Shown: in pieces, positions 10,145-18,848 of the stretch | Numbering within the stretch: the stretch's first letter is position 1 | How the letters are laid out: every line of letters begins with the position of its first letter | IMG/VR virus record: IMGVR_UViG_3300029888_000103 | Length of the DNA: 35,877 nt | Origin: a virus | Lineage: Duplodnaviria; Heunggongvirae; Uroviricota; Caudoviricetes | Strand: one strand, 5' to 3' | Position numbers and translations under genes: made by a program | Notes under the pieces: model-generated | The model's input: the letters and a program-made list of their open reading frames with translations, nothing else | Database searches by the model: none | What the model was told of the DNA's origin: nothing

Positions 10145-10717
10145 TCAGGGGAATTCATTGCTCTTATTTGCCGGAAATTTTCTATAAATTGTGGAAACAC
10201 CTACATCAAAAATCAGTGCAATACGCTGTCTTGATTCTCCGGCCTCGAGTAAACGTCCAATCTGTGCCCACTGTTCGGTGGTCAACTTAGGACGGCGTCC
10301 ACCTACTCTGCCTTTGGCGCGAGCTGCAGCCAGCCCCGCCCTGGTACGTTCAACTATCAGTTCGCGCTCCATTTCAGCCAGGGCCCCCATGACATGAAAA
10401 AAGAAACGGCCCATTGGGGTACTGGTATCAATACTGTCAGTCAGGCTTCGGAAATTCACGCCACGCTGGCGCAGCTCTTCTATCAGCGTAACGAGATGCC
10501 GCATACTGCGCCCCAACCTGTCCAGCTTCCAGACAACCAGAGTGTCACCTGCCGATAGTGTCCTGAGTAGTTTTTTCAGCCCCGGTCTGTCGGACTTAGT
10601 GCCACTGATTTTGTCCTCAAAAATCCGCTCACATCCCGCGCAGTTCAGTGCATTACGTTGCAAATCGGTGTTCTGGTCATTTGTTGACACGCGTACATAG
10701 CCAATAAGCATGATCAT
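10145..10717 (-). CDS. serine DNA invertase (Hin/Gin/Pin family)
   Basis: N-terminal catalytic motif IGYVRVSTNDQ with the resolvase-family serine, and a C-terminal HTH (GVSTIYRKF); 190 aa; lies directly beside an invertible tail-fibre segment. Confidence 0.9.
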   Translation of the reverse strand: MIMLIGYVRVSTNDQNTDLQRNALNCAGCERIFEDKISGTKSDRPGLKKLLRTLSAGDTLVVWKLDRLGRSMRHLVTLIEELRQRGVNFRSLTDSIDTSTPMGRFFFHVMGALAEMERELIVERTRAGLAAARAKGRVGGRRPKLTTEQWAQIGRLLEAGESRQRIALIFDVGVSTIYRKFPANKSNEFP

Positions 10718-10738
10718 CCCCCTGAATAAAAACCGGAG

Positions 10739-11260
10739 ATGATGCCAGTTAGCTGTTACCTCTGCATTTTCTTAAACGTTGGTTTGGGAGAAGGCTCTGC
10801 ATTACCTGTTGGTGTGCCTGTTCCATGGCCTTCAGCCACACCGCCAACAGGCTGGCTGAAATGCAACGGTGCGGCTTTTTCTGCTGAAGAATACCCGGAA
10901 CTGGCAAAGGCTTATCCGACAAATAAATTGCCTGATTTACGTGGTGAGTTTATTCGTGGCTGGGATGACGGGCGCGGTATTGATGCAGGACGTGTTTTAT
11001 TGAGCATTCAGACAGGGATGCTGGAAAAACACCGCCATATTGTTGTTGCCAATGATGGTTACGACACAAAAGATGAATGGGAACTGGCTACGATTTTCAA
11101 AAAGACATACACACAAGGACGGGGACTTGATGCCACAAATACAGGAGGGAGTCTGATCCCATCACCGACACTTCATTCACGAGGGAGTATCGGTAATACT
11201 GGCGGGAGTGAAACCCGTCCACGAAATATTGCATTTAACTATATCGTGAGGGCTGCATAA
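10739..11260 (+). CDS. silent alternative tail-fibre C-terminal exon (joins H only after inversion)
   Basis: ORF continues through the crossover site; encodes LGLGEGSALPVG... and a tail-collar-like segment (AAFSAEEYPELAKAYPTNKLPDLRGEFIRGWDDGRGID). The GLGE junction matches the gpH sequence at the other crossover site. The part upstream of the crossover site (about 10795) is not expected to be translated. Confidence 0.6.
   Translation: MMPVSCYLCIFLNVGLGEGSALPVGVPVPWPSATPPTGWLKCNGAAFSAEEYPELAKAYPTNKLPDLRGEFIRGWDDGRGIDAGRVLLSIQTGMLEKHRHIVVANDGYDTKDEWELATIFKKTYTQGRGLDATNTGGSLIPSPTLHSRGSIGNTGGSETRPRNIAFNYIVRAA
10767..10794. repeat. invertase crossover site (left), pix/gix-like
   Basis: ttttcttaaacgttggtttgggagaagg; its reverse complement shares the core TTCTCCCAAACCAA with the site at 12607-12636. 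Confidence 0.7.
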
Positions 11261-11862
11261 TGGATAACGCCGTATTAAATAGCGAGCTTATTGCCACGAA
11301 GGCGGGGAATATTACCGTCTATAACTATGATGATAAAACTCGGGAATATATTTCTACTTCAAATGAATATCTTGCCATTGGTGTCGGTATCCCAGCATAT
11401 TCCTGTCTGGATGAACCTGGTATACATAAGGCGGGTTATGCTATCTGCCGTTCGATGGATTTAAACTCATGGGAATATGTGCCAGACCATCGCGGTGAAA
11501 TCGTCTATAACACCGAAACGGGAGACGCCAAAGAAATCACAGCTCCGGGTGATTATCCTGAAAATACAACCACTATCGCCCCGTTAACGCCATTCGATAA
11601 ATGGGATGGTAAGAAATGGGTGACCGATACTGAGGCACAGCATAGCGCCGCAGTAGACGCGGCAGAAGTACAGCGTCAGTCACTGATTAATACTGCAATG
11701 GCTTCCATCAGTCTGATTCAACTTAAATTGCAGGCCGGGCGGCAGCTGATGCAGGCAGAGACCACCCGACTTAACACTGTGCTGGATTACATTGACGCGG
11801 TGACGGCAACAGATACCAGCACAGCGCCGGATGTCATCTGGCCTGAACTGCCGGAGGCGTAG
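11260..11862 (+). CDS. alternative tail-fibre assembly chaperone (for the silent fibre tip)
   Basis: 200-aa ORF directly coupled to the alternative fibre exon; its C-terminal region is similar to the active-orientation gpG (…PELPEA versus …PTPPAV endings). Confidence 0.65.
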   Translation: MDNAVLNSELIATKAGNITVYNYDDKTREYISTSNEYLAIGVGIPAYSCLDEPGIHKAGYAICRSMDLNSWEYVPDHRGEIVYNTETGDAKEITAPGDYPENTTTIAPLTPFDKWDGKKWVTDTEAQHSAAVDAAEVQRQSLINTAMASISLIQLKLQAGRQLMQAETTRLNTVLDYIDAVTATDTSTAPDVIWPELPEA

Positions 11863-12271
11863 GCCATTCAATATCTGGCCCACTGGAGGTATCAACCAGC
11901 TCCAGTGCGTCCAGGTAATCCAGCCACAAATTATATTGCGCCAGTTCCTCGTCTTTCAGACGACCAATAGCGGCTTTACCGGGCCATTGTTTACTGTTCA
12001 TGTATTCGTTGGCCAGATTAAGCAATAATTGCCTTTCTGATTCTGCCTGTTGAATAAGTTCTTCATGTGATGGTGGAGGTATTAGTGCCCATGTGGGTAA
12101 TCCATTTTCTCCTGCAACACGAATTTTGCCATCTGGGGGCGTATTTATTGCAAATTCATTATAAACATCATCACTGACAGCCAGAGCATCATCTGGCCAT
12201 GAATTTGCATTAATGTAATCATCCTTAAGTGCAGGATTCACAAAAATGTTTAAAGATGGACTATAAAACAT
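11834..12271 (-). CDS. G: tail-fibre assembly protein gpG (active orientation)
   Basis: 145-aa ORF immediately downstream of H inside the invertible segment. Confidence 0.8.
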   Translation of the reverse strand: MFYSPSLNIFVNPALKDDYINANSWPDDALAVSDDVYNEFAINTPPDGKIRVAGENGLPTWALIPPPSHEELIQQAESERQLLLNLANEYMNSKQWPGKAAIGRLKDEELAQYNLWLDYLDALELVDTSSGPDIEWPTPPAVQAR

Positions 12272-12272
12272 A

Positions 12273-13670
12273 TTACACCCCTATAGCGATATAACGACCA
12301 AATACAGCGTTTGCAGCAGTCGCTATGCTTGAAAAACCGCGGAACTGATTTGATGTAATTGCAGAAGCCGACAGGATTCCTGCGCCTGAAGGTGTATACC
12401 CCACATGACTAACTATCACCCCATAACATGCTGACGGAAAGGCAAAAGGAAAATCATTAAGATATCCGGCATCTTCACCACCAGACCCACCAAATCTCGC
12501 CTGCCCCCACTGAATAATCAGTGTTCTCCGGGAACCTGAAATAATTAACGGAATCGTTACATACCCATTCAGACCAATGACACCCGATGCAGTGCCAGCC
12601 AGAGATAATTCTCCCAAACCAAGGTATGTGAGAAGACCAGCTACATCTTTTCCACTCAAATTGGTAAGCGTATTGTCCAGCGGTTGTTTACCTGCCAGCG
12701 CATTAAGCATTGTCGTGGCAAAGTTCGGATCATTCCCCAGTGCCGCCGCCAGTTCGTTCAGTGTATCCAGTGCAGCAGGTGCAGAACCCACCATTCCTGC
12801 AATCGCCGATTTCACAAAAGCCGTAGTGGCAATCTGTGTATTGTTGACCGACTGCGCCGCCGTGGGGGCTGTTGGCGTTCCGGTGAGTGCCGGACTCGAC
12901 AACGGTGCTTTTAGTGCCAGCGCATTGTTAATGGTGGTACTGAAATTCGGATCATTGTTAATGGCTGCGGCTATTTCTTTCAGCGTGTCCAGCGTGGCTG
13001 GCGCACCATTAATAAGGGCCGTCAGTGCCGCCTGTACAAACGCAGTGGTCGCAACCTGCGTGGTATTATTCCCCGCCGCTGGCGTTGGCGCTTTGGGGGT
13101 TCCGGTAAATGTCGGGCTGGCTTTTGGCGCGTACTGTGAATGAGGGTCCTGTGCAGCAAGATGTTTTGCCATCAGGTCATCCACGTACACCTTCAGCTCC
13201 AGTACCTTGTCATCCACATACTTGCGGGTTGCCAGCACTACAGCAGGGTCGATTTTCAGGGTGATATTGTCCGTACTGCTGGTAATCAGCACCATGCGCA
13301 CGGTCTGGGTGCGCCCGCTGCCTTCAGCCAGTTGCGGCTTATAGCTTTCCGGGCAGTTGCCCACGGCAATCAATGCCCCGGACTCATCAAACAGGCCCAC
13401 TTCACGTATCCACCAACCGCCCTCGTTTTCAGGGATCACCTGTTCAGCAATAATCTGGCTGCTATTCTGCGGGTCGATATAAAGCATATTCAGCGCAGCC
13501 CGGCGTTTCTCATTTACCAGTGCCGTCTGCTTTGCGTCCGGCGTTGGCAATACTCCGCCGCCATCGCCCACCGCCATATGGGTAATTTTTAGCGGCACAC
13601 CGAGCGCGGCGGCGCTGGCAAGTTTCGCCGCGCCAATATCCGTCAGCAGGGTATAAAATTTTGTGCTCAT
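12273..13670 (-). CDS. H: tail fibre protein gpH (constant N-terminal part plus currently expressed variable C-terminus)
   Basis: 465 aa; repetitive Ala/Thr/Gly-rich fibre sequence; crossover site at about residue 345 separates constant and invertible parts. Confidence 0.88.
   Translation of the reverse strand: MSTKFYTLLTDIGAAKLASAAALGVPLKITHMAVGDGGGVLPTPDAKQTALVNEKRRAALNMLYIDPQNSSQIIAEQVIPENEGGWWIREVGLFDESGALIAVGNCPESYKPQLAEGSGRTQTVRMVLITSSTDNITLKIDPAVVLATRKYVDDKVLELKVYVDDLMAKHLAAQDPHSQYAPKASPTFTGTPKAPTPAAGNNTTQVATTAFVQAALTALINGAPATLDTLKEIAAAINNDPNFSTTINNALALKAPLSSPALTGTPTAPTAAQSVNNTQIATTAFVKSAIAGMVGSAPAALDTLNELAAALGNDPNFATTMLNALAGKQPLDNTLTNLSGKDVAGLLTYLGLGELSLAGTASGVIGLNGYVTIPLIISGSRRTLIIQWGQARFGGSGGEDAGYLNDFPFAFPSACYGVIVSHVGYTPSGAGILSASAITSNQFRGFSSIATAANAVFGRYIAIGV
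12607..12636. repeat. invertase crossover site (right), inside gene H
   Basis: aattctcccaaaccaaggtatgtgagaaga; inverted relative to the 10767-10794 site; encodes LTYLGLGEL in gpH. Confidence 0.7.
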
Positions 13671-14272
13671 GGATTCACTCTCATTGTGTCAATAACATGG
13701 ACCGCCCCGCCTTCATGCGCGGTGCCACCGGAAATAATCGTTTCGTTGATATACGGATAGATCGTGATTTCTTCGCCAAGATAGCTGGCGGCTCCCACCC
13801 AATGCGGGCCGCTGGTCTGCAGATTGATGGACATGCCGATCATGTGGCGGCTACATGGTTTGGCATCGCTTATCAGTCGCTCAAGTTCCAGATAGGTATC
13901 TTCAGTGATGCCCTGGTCCTGCACGCCGATATCCAGGCGAAACGTGCCCGGTGCCTCTCCGGTCTGCCACCACTCAATAATGCGGATCAGAAAGCCGAAC
14001 GGCTCCACCACCCGCCGCACGGCACTGGTGGTCCCTTTATGCTGATGAATATAAAAAGCATCCTTCACCACCTGGCGCTTGACGCTTTCTGTCCAGCCCT
14101 CGTCCCAGCGATCCACAGAGAACGCCCAGGCGAGATAAGGCAGGAAACTGACCGGACAGGTTGCCGGATTCCACAAGTCACGAAGCGGCACCTGCAGATC
14201 AGAAATCCCGCTGCAGGTTTGCGCCAGTCGGCGCTCCAGTGGTGTTGAACCCGGTGGCAGCAGACTATTCAT
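13667..14272 (-). CDS. I: baseplate protein gpI
   Basis: 201 aa; position between J and H, with overlapping start/stop codons. Confidence 0.85.
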   Translation of the reverse strand: MNSLLPPGSTPLERRLAQTCSGISDLQVPLRDLWNPATCPVSFLPYLAWAFSVDRWDEGWTESVKRQVVKDAFYIHQHKGTTSAVRRVVEPFGFLIRIIEWWQTGEAPGTFRLDIGVQDQGITEDTYLELERLISDAKPCSRHMIGMSINLQTSGPHWVGAASYLGEEITIYPYINETIISGGTAHEGGAVHVIDTMRVNP

Positions 14273-15173
14273 CCGTTCCTCCGTTGGTTACGCTCCACTG
14301 CGTACATGATGCCGCCTGTGTTTTGTTCAGGACCACATCCGCCAGAGGAGAAGCCAGCTCCACACGCTGCACCCCCTCAACATGCAGGGCGGCAAAGATG
14401 GCGCTACGGCGAATATCCCGACCAAGACGCGTCTGACTGGCGATGTACTTCTGCAGGCTGGCTTTTGCCGCTGCCATTACCGGCTCTGCTTCCGGTCCAG
14501 GATAGAGAAAAATGGTGGCTTCCACGCGATACGGGATGATTTCTGCGCTGCGAACCGTAAGACGGTCAGCCACCGGGCGGACGTTCTCACTGTTCAGAGC
14601 TTTTTCCACCACGTCCAGCAGGTCTTTTTCTGCGGTTCCATCGCCTTCGCGGCTAAGGACAGTCAGCACCACCTCTGCAGGTGCCGGGCTGGTTGCACTG
14701 GCATCCGCCACCCGACCGTCGGCGCTTCGGGCATGAAATTCATAAGCTGCAGTTGGCCCCGCAACAGAAAGCCCTTCAAAAGCTGCAGGCACACGCAGGC
14801 GTAACGCTTCATCGCTTTCCATCACAGCTGCAACGGACGGCACAGCGTCATTATCAGCAGGCGTCACCGTCAGGCGTTTCACGTTGTAGTTGGCAGCGAG
14901 CTGGTCAAGATCGCTGCCCATCGCGTAAGCCACCATCACAGCCTGCGCGGCTTCGTTAATGCGCTGGCGCAGAAGCAACTCACGGTAAGCGTTCTCCTGC
15001 AGCAATTTGGTGACGGGTTCAGATTCCAGTTCCAGCGTGCGGATCGCTGCTTCCTGCTCATCTTTCGGATGAAGCGCAACAAATTCGGCCTTGCGTTCGG
15101 CAAGCAGCGTCTCAAAGTCCGGCACATCCACAATCTGCGGCGCAGGCAACTGCGAAAGGTCAATCACTGCCAT
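14265..15173 (-). CDS. J: baseplate wedge protein gpJ
   Basis: About 302 aa from the ATG at 15173 (MAVIDLSQL...); the ORF-track start at 15212 is a GTG that overlaps W. Length matches P2 gpJ. Confidence 0.85.
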   Translation of the reverse strand: MAVIDLSQLPAPQIVDVPDFETLLAERKAEFVALHPKDEQEAAIRTLELESEPVTKLLQENAYRELLLRQRINEAAQAVMVAYAMGSDLDQLAANYNVKRLTVTPADNDAVPSVAAVMESDEALRLRVPAAFEGLSVAGPTAAYEFHARSADGRVADASATSPAPAEVVLTVLSREGDGTAEKDLLDVVEKALNSENVRPVADRLTVRSAEIIPYRVEATIFLYPGPEAEPVMAAAKASLQKYIASQTRLGRDIRRSAIFAALHVEGVQRVELASPLADVVLNKTQAASCTQWSVTNGGTDE

Positions 15174-15519
15174 TCTCTGCTCCTGTTGATACGGAAAGGG
15201 AAACAGGCACACCGTTATTACGCCGCCCGCTCAGCGCCACCACCATTGAACCGTCAAAATTGCTGTTGATGGTGATGGAATCCAGCGCCATCCGTGGCTC
15301 CCAGCGACTCAGCGCCACATACACTGCCGACATGACCTGCAGGCGTAATGCCGGATTTTGTGGCTGGTCTATTAGCGACGACAGCAGGGAACCATATTCA
15401 CGACGAGCAATGCGGCTACCCTGCGGTGTCAGCAGAATGTCCCGCACCGACTGGCGCAGATGATCAATATCAGTAATGATTTTGCCGCTGGTATTGTTCA
15501 TCCCGCTATAAAGCGTCAT
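15160..15519 (-). CDS. W: baseplate protein gpW (GPW/gp25 family)
   Basis: 119 aa; position between V and J. Confidence 0.85.
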   Translation of the reverse strand: MTLYSGMNNTSGKIITDIDHLRQSVRDILLTPQGSRIARREYGSLLSSLIDQPQNPALRLQVMSAVYVALSRWEPRMALDSITINSNFDGSMVVALSGRRNNGVPVSLSVSTGAENGSD

Positions 15520-16094
15520 ACCGGGCCTCCGGTTGTATCGCCGCCTTTCAGGACGCCAGTATGCTGATGCGCATCAACCACGATCCCGTTAGAACTCATC
15601 GCTCCGCCGCCCTGGGTAACGCCACCATTGATCACCACTTCGCTGTTAATGCGCGTGCGGTCAGCCTCCAGTACAAACTCACTGGTTTTCATGGTGATGT
15701 TGTCAGCAGCCTCAATGACCATTGATTTGATGCCCCTGACATACCAGCGCCCGGTGGCGGGTTCGTATTCAAACCAGCCACCGTCAGGATGTTCTGTCAC
15801 GCAGGCGTCCGCCGACGTCGACGGTGGTGCGAACTGATTCGAATAGACAGCGGGCAGCGCAAAGGCGGTTTCCAGATTGCCGCCCAGACTCAGCAGCACC
15901 ACCTGCTCACCTTCCGATGGTCGCCACCATGTACGGGCATTCCCGGCACGCAGCGTCAGCCAGCTGATCCAGTTGGTTTCAAGCTCGCCCGTTTTCACCC
16001 GGCAAAGCCAGTTTTCCCTGTCCACTTCGGTGACTACCCCTGTGCGGATCAGGTTGGTGATAAGGCGCATGATTTCGGTTAATTGTGCGTTCAT
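15516..16094 (-). CDS. V: baseplate spike/assembly protein gpV
   Basis: 192 aa; first gene of the V-W-J-I-H-G operon; resembles P2 gpV as recalled. Confidence 0.88.
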   Translation of the reverse strand: MNAQLTEIMRLITNLIRTGVVTEVDRENWLCRVKTGELETNWISWLTLRAGNARTWWRPSEGEQVVLLSLGGNLETAFALPAVYSNQFAPPSTSADACVTEHPDGGWFEYEPATGRWYVRGIKSMVIEAADNITMKTSEFVLEADRTRINSEVVINGGVTQGGGAMSSNGIVVDAHQHTGVLKGGDTTGGPV

Positions 16095-16139
16095 AGAGAA
16101 AGGTTGCCATCAGGGGAAGAAAGGCGGCAGTGCTGCAAC

Positions 16140-16159
16140 TTGTATCAGTGCTGATACAA
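16140..16159. promoter_or_regulatory. late-promoter activator site (TGT-N12-ACA) between S and V
   Basis: Perfect dyad TTGTATCAG-tg-CTGATACAA (TGT at 16141-16143, ACA at 16156-16158). Confidence 0.55.
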
Positions 16160-16162
16160 AGA

Positions 16163-16609
16163 TCACCCCGCCAGCCATTGCAGAATCATGTCGCGGGTCA
16201 TTGCCTCAACATCATCATTTACACCCAGCAGGCGGCGCTCTGCGTAACGGACCTCCGGTCCTTTGCGACTGACGCGATCACGCAGACCGTAATGGTGAAC
16301 ACGGGCAATACGCTGCACCTTGCCTTCAAACTGTACGCTGGCAGAGTCGGCGCTGGCGGCAGTTTTCAGGTATTTTGTGGTGCGCAACTTTGCAAACATC
16401 TGACGTTTGATGCGGCCTTTTTTGCTGCGTGCTGTTACCCTGCGCGGTTCATAACTGCTGCCATCTGGATTGCGCTGCATCCTGATATTCTGCTGCTGTG
16501 TCCGGCGCAGTTCCTGCGCCAGCTGGCGCATCATGCGGCTTCTCGTGGCTGGTTCCAGATTCGCCAGCAAGGCACTCAGCCAGTCGTCCACCTTCTGCAG
16601 TTCAGCCAC
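16163..16609 (-). CDS. S: tail completion protein gpS
   Basis: 148 aa; position after R; overlapping R stop. Confidence 0.82.
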   Translation of the reverse strand: MAELQKVDDWLSALLANLEPATRSRMMRQLAQELRRTQQQNIRMQRNPDGSSYEPRRVTARSKKGRIKRQMFAKLRTTKYLKTAASADSASVQFEGKVQRIARVHHYGLRDRVSRKGPEVRYAERRLLGVNDDVEAMTRDMILQWLAG

Positions 16610-17054
16610 GTTTCACCGTCCACATTTCTTCAGGTTCATCGGGTTCTGCTACAGCTTCAACGCTCGACACACTGCCGTCAGTACTGACCAGCACACGTTC
16701 CGTCAATTGCAGGTTAAGGCTGATATCACAGACATCGTTGCGCAAAATATCCACCTCAAAGGTGAATAGCTTTTCCCGTAACGCCGGGTTATTGATGGCA
16801 TCGGGCTGGTTATCCCGAAGCCACAGTAAAACCGGGGCCATCAGCAGATTCTGGTCGCCACTGAAATCCTCTATCACCACGTTCAGGGTATAGCGGTACT
16901 CCCATGACATGGAGCTGGCCCCCGTGGCAACCAGCGAACCGTTATCCACAAACAGATGCAGTTTGTCCGGGTTATTGCGGACATAAGGCACCGCTTTATT
17001 GAGGGCGTGGCGCAGGGATTGTGGTTTGTTCACTGTTTCGCTCCTGACACGCAA
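16602..17054 (-). CDS. R: tail completion protein gpR
   Basis: 150 aa; position between the lysis cassette and S. Confidence 0.82.
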   Translation of the reverse strand: MRVRSETVNKPQSLRHALNKAVPYVRNNPDKLHLFVDNGSLVATGASSMSWEYRYTLNVVIEDFSGDQNLLMAPVLLWLRDNQPDAINNPALREKLFTFEVDILRNDVCDISLNLQLTERVLVSTDGSVSSVEAVAEPDEPEEMWTVKRG

Positions 17055-17286
17055 TAATCATGTCCACTTTGTCTGCACAGACCGCCCAGGCGGCCTCCGT
17101 TTCATCCAACAACGCGTTCAGATCACCGTTAGTGCGCGGCGCTGCCTGCTCCAGCCGACACGGTGTCACTCGCGGACAACCACTGACGATAAGCTGCACC
17201 TCCGGTGAGTGCCGAACGTTCCCGCAGCCGGATAATGTCAGCAGGCAAAGGAGTATCAGCCCAGCGGCGTAAATCCTCGTTCTCAC
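16996..17286 (-). CDS. lysC: o-spanin lipoprotein (LysC/Rz1-like), embedded out of frame
   Basis: 96-aa ORF with signal peptide plus lipobox (LLTLSGC), Pro-rich; overlaps the 3' end of lysB and the 5' end of R in another frame, as P2 lysC does. Confidence 0.55.
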   Translation of the reverse strand: MRTRIYAAGLILLCLLTLSGCGNVRHSPEVQLIVSGCPRVTPCRLEQAAPRTNGDLNALLDETEAAWAVCADKVDMIIACQERNSEQTTIPAPRPQ

Positions 17287-17557
17287 GTTTCAGTTCCTCG
17301 ATCCGGTGTTGTCGTTGTCTCAGCAGCGCGCTGGTCTGTTCTGCTTCGGCATAGAGCCGCGCCTGCTCCCGGTTATTGGTTTCAGTCAGAATGGACAGGC
17401 TAATAAGCTGGCTGTTGCTCTTTGCCAGTGCCTGGCTTTTGCTCTGCAGCTCGCCTGCCTGCGTGCTAATGGTCTGGCTGGCATCAGCCAGCCGCCACGT
17501 CTGCCAGCCCAGCGCCGCCAGTAATAACGCCAGCACAACCAGCAGCAACCGGTTCAT
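17129..17557 (-). CDS. lysB: i-spanin (LysB/Rz-like)
   Basis: 142 aa; N-terminal TM helix then coiled-coil (…RQRQHRIEELKRENEDLRRW…). Confidence 0.72.
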   Translation of the reverse strand: MNRLLLVVLALLLAALGWQTWRLADASQTISTQAGELQSKSQALAKSNSQLISLSILTETNNREQARLYAEAEQTSALLRQRQHRIEELKRENEDLRRWADTPLPADIIRLRERSALTGGAAYRQWLSASDTVSAGAGSAAH

Positions 17558-17931
17558 GCTGCTACCTGTTGCGCCATCTGATTACGGGTGATCCAGAAGG
17601 CAATAACGGTCAGCAGATAAAAGACCAGGGTAATAGCCCACCCCGTCCAGGCGAGACTTACGACAATCAGCAATCGCATCACCCAACTGATAAATACGTT
17701 TTCTTTTCGGGTAATTGTCTTCAGCAAAGATCCCCTTAACTCCTGCCAGAGCGGGCCATTCTTAATTAACGCAGCCAGTGCTACCGGAATTACCGCCCAT
17801 GTCAGCAAACAGGCTACCCAAACGCCGGACGCTGCCAGTACCGGAAAAATCCCCTGCGGATACACCATTGCTGCGATTAACAGCGCCATCCATAACATCA
17901 GAAACAGTCCGCTGATTAATTTCTTTTTCAT
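17554..17931 (-). CDS. lysA: lysis-timing membrane protein LysA
   Basis: Multi-TM ORF; preferred ATG at 17931 (MKKKLISGLF...) with a GGGAG Shine-Dalgarno sequence, abutting the endolysin stop; the ORF-track start at 18003 would overlap the endolysin by 70 nt. Confidence 0.7.
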   Translation of the reverse strand: MKKKLISGLFLMLWMALLIAAMVYPQGIFPVLAASGVWVACLLTWAVIPVALAALIKNGPLWQELRGSLLKTITRKENVFISWVMRLLIVVSLAWTGWAITLVFYLLTVIAFWITRNQMAQQVAA

Positions 17932-17932
17932 T

Positions 17933-18445
17933 TCAGTTTGCTCCCTGTAAACACCAGGCCATCTCCCGCGCACGGCGGTTATCCAGCCCCTGATTAAACA
18001 CACCTTTTACATACACCCAGCGCGGCAACTGTCGGCACGCATCCGCCCAGCGCCGCTGGTTGAGCAATTTCACCAACGTGGAACTGCAGGCATTGCCCGT
18101 TCCCACGTTGAAGGCAAACGACACCACCGCGTCATACACCTTCTGCGGCGGCTGTTGCTTCACACACCTTTCCAGCACCCGCTCCACACGTAGCACGTTG
18201 GAGATCAGCCCTTCTGCTGCCTGTCGTTCCGTAATGGTTTTGCCGGGAATGACGCCCGACGTATTACCAATGCCGTCGGTCCAGACACCCGCGCTGCACT
18301 GATACGGCTGCAGACGACAGCCTTCGTAATCGGCAATCAGTTTTAGTCCCTCCACGGAGGTGTGAAGCTGCTGAAAACCCGGCAGCGTGGCAGCAATAGC
18401 CAGCACGGTCCCGACAAGGCAGCGTTTAACGATTGATGGATTCAT
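17933..18445 (-). CDS. K: endolysin, lysozyme-like with N-terminal SAR (signal-anchor-release) segment
   Basis: 170 aa; weakly hydrophobic N-terminus (LVGTVLAIAATLPGF) then glycoside-hydrolase-24-like catalytic region (…EGLKLIADYEGCRLQPYQCSAGVWTDGIGNT…). Confidence 0.82.
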   Translation of the reverse strand: MNPSIVKRCLVGTVLAIAATLPGFQQLHTSVEGLKLIADYEGCRLQPYQCSAGVWTDGIGNTSGVIPGKTITERQAAEGLISNVLRVERVLERCVKQQPPQKVYDAVVSFAFNVGTGNACSSTLVKLLNQRRWADACRQLPRWVYVKGVFNQGLDNRRAREMAWCLQGAN

Positions 18446-18641
18446 AATCCTCCCGCGAGATCTGCCCGTCGCGCAGAAGCTGGTAGGCTTTGTGTTTGTA
18501 GTACCAGTTGATAGCCAGCATCAGCACACCAATCATCAGGCCCCCCAGCGTTGAGGCATCCTTGATGGACAAATCGCCCAGCCAGGCCAGCACGACGGCG
18601 ATGCAATACGTGATAAAGGCGCTGATTCGCTCAAGTGTCAT
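18426..18641 (-). CDS. Y: holin (small two-TM type, pinholin-like)
   Basis: 71 aa; two hydrophobic segments and a charged C-terminus; immediately upstream of and overlapping the endolysin. Confidence 0.72.
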   Translation of the reverse strand: MTLERISAFITYCIAVVLAWLGDLSIKDASTLGGLMIGVLMLAINWYYKHKAYQLLRDGQISREDYESINR

Positions 18642-18644
18642 AAT

Positions 18645-18848
18645 TCAGTCCCATAGCTGGACGGTCTGCACGGTGGTGGTGGTCGGAATGTCCGGCAGCT
18701 CCACCTGCAGCCCGTGAGGTAAAAAGGGGCCGTATTCGGCAAGCCCCGGATTTGCCTTCAGTACCTGCTCCGTGACACCCTGCGTGCGCCCGTAATGACG
18801 CCAGCAAAGCGCGTCCACCGTGTCATACTGATGCGCACGCACTTTCAT
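18645..18848 (-). CDS. X: tail protein gpX
   Basis: 67 aa, the same length as P2 gpX; position between L and the holin. Confidence 0.8.
   Translation of the reverse strand: MKVRAHQYDTVDALCWRHYGRTQGVTEQVLKANPGLAEYGPFLPHGLQVELPDIPTTTTVQTVQLWD

Noticed and set aside
10739-10794. First 18 codons of the alternative tail-fibre ORF (MMPVSCYLCIFLNV...)
   Set aside because: This stretch lies at and upstream of the invertase crossover site; the exon has no promoter in this orientation and is expected to be expressed only as a fusion to H after inversion, so the ATG at 10739 is probably not a real start
12577-13143. 188-aa plus-strand ORF, Ala/Ser/Val-rich
   Set aside because: Antisense to the repetitive tail-fibre gene H; mirror of its Ala/Thr-rich repeats
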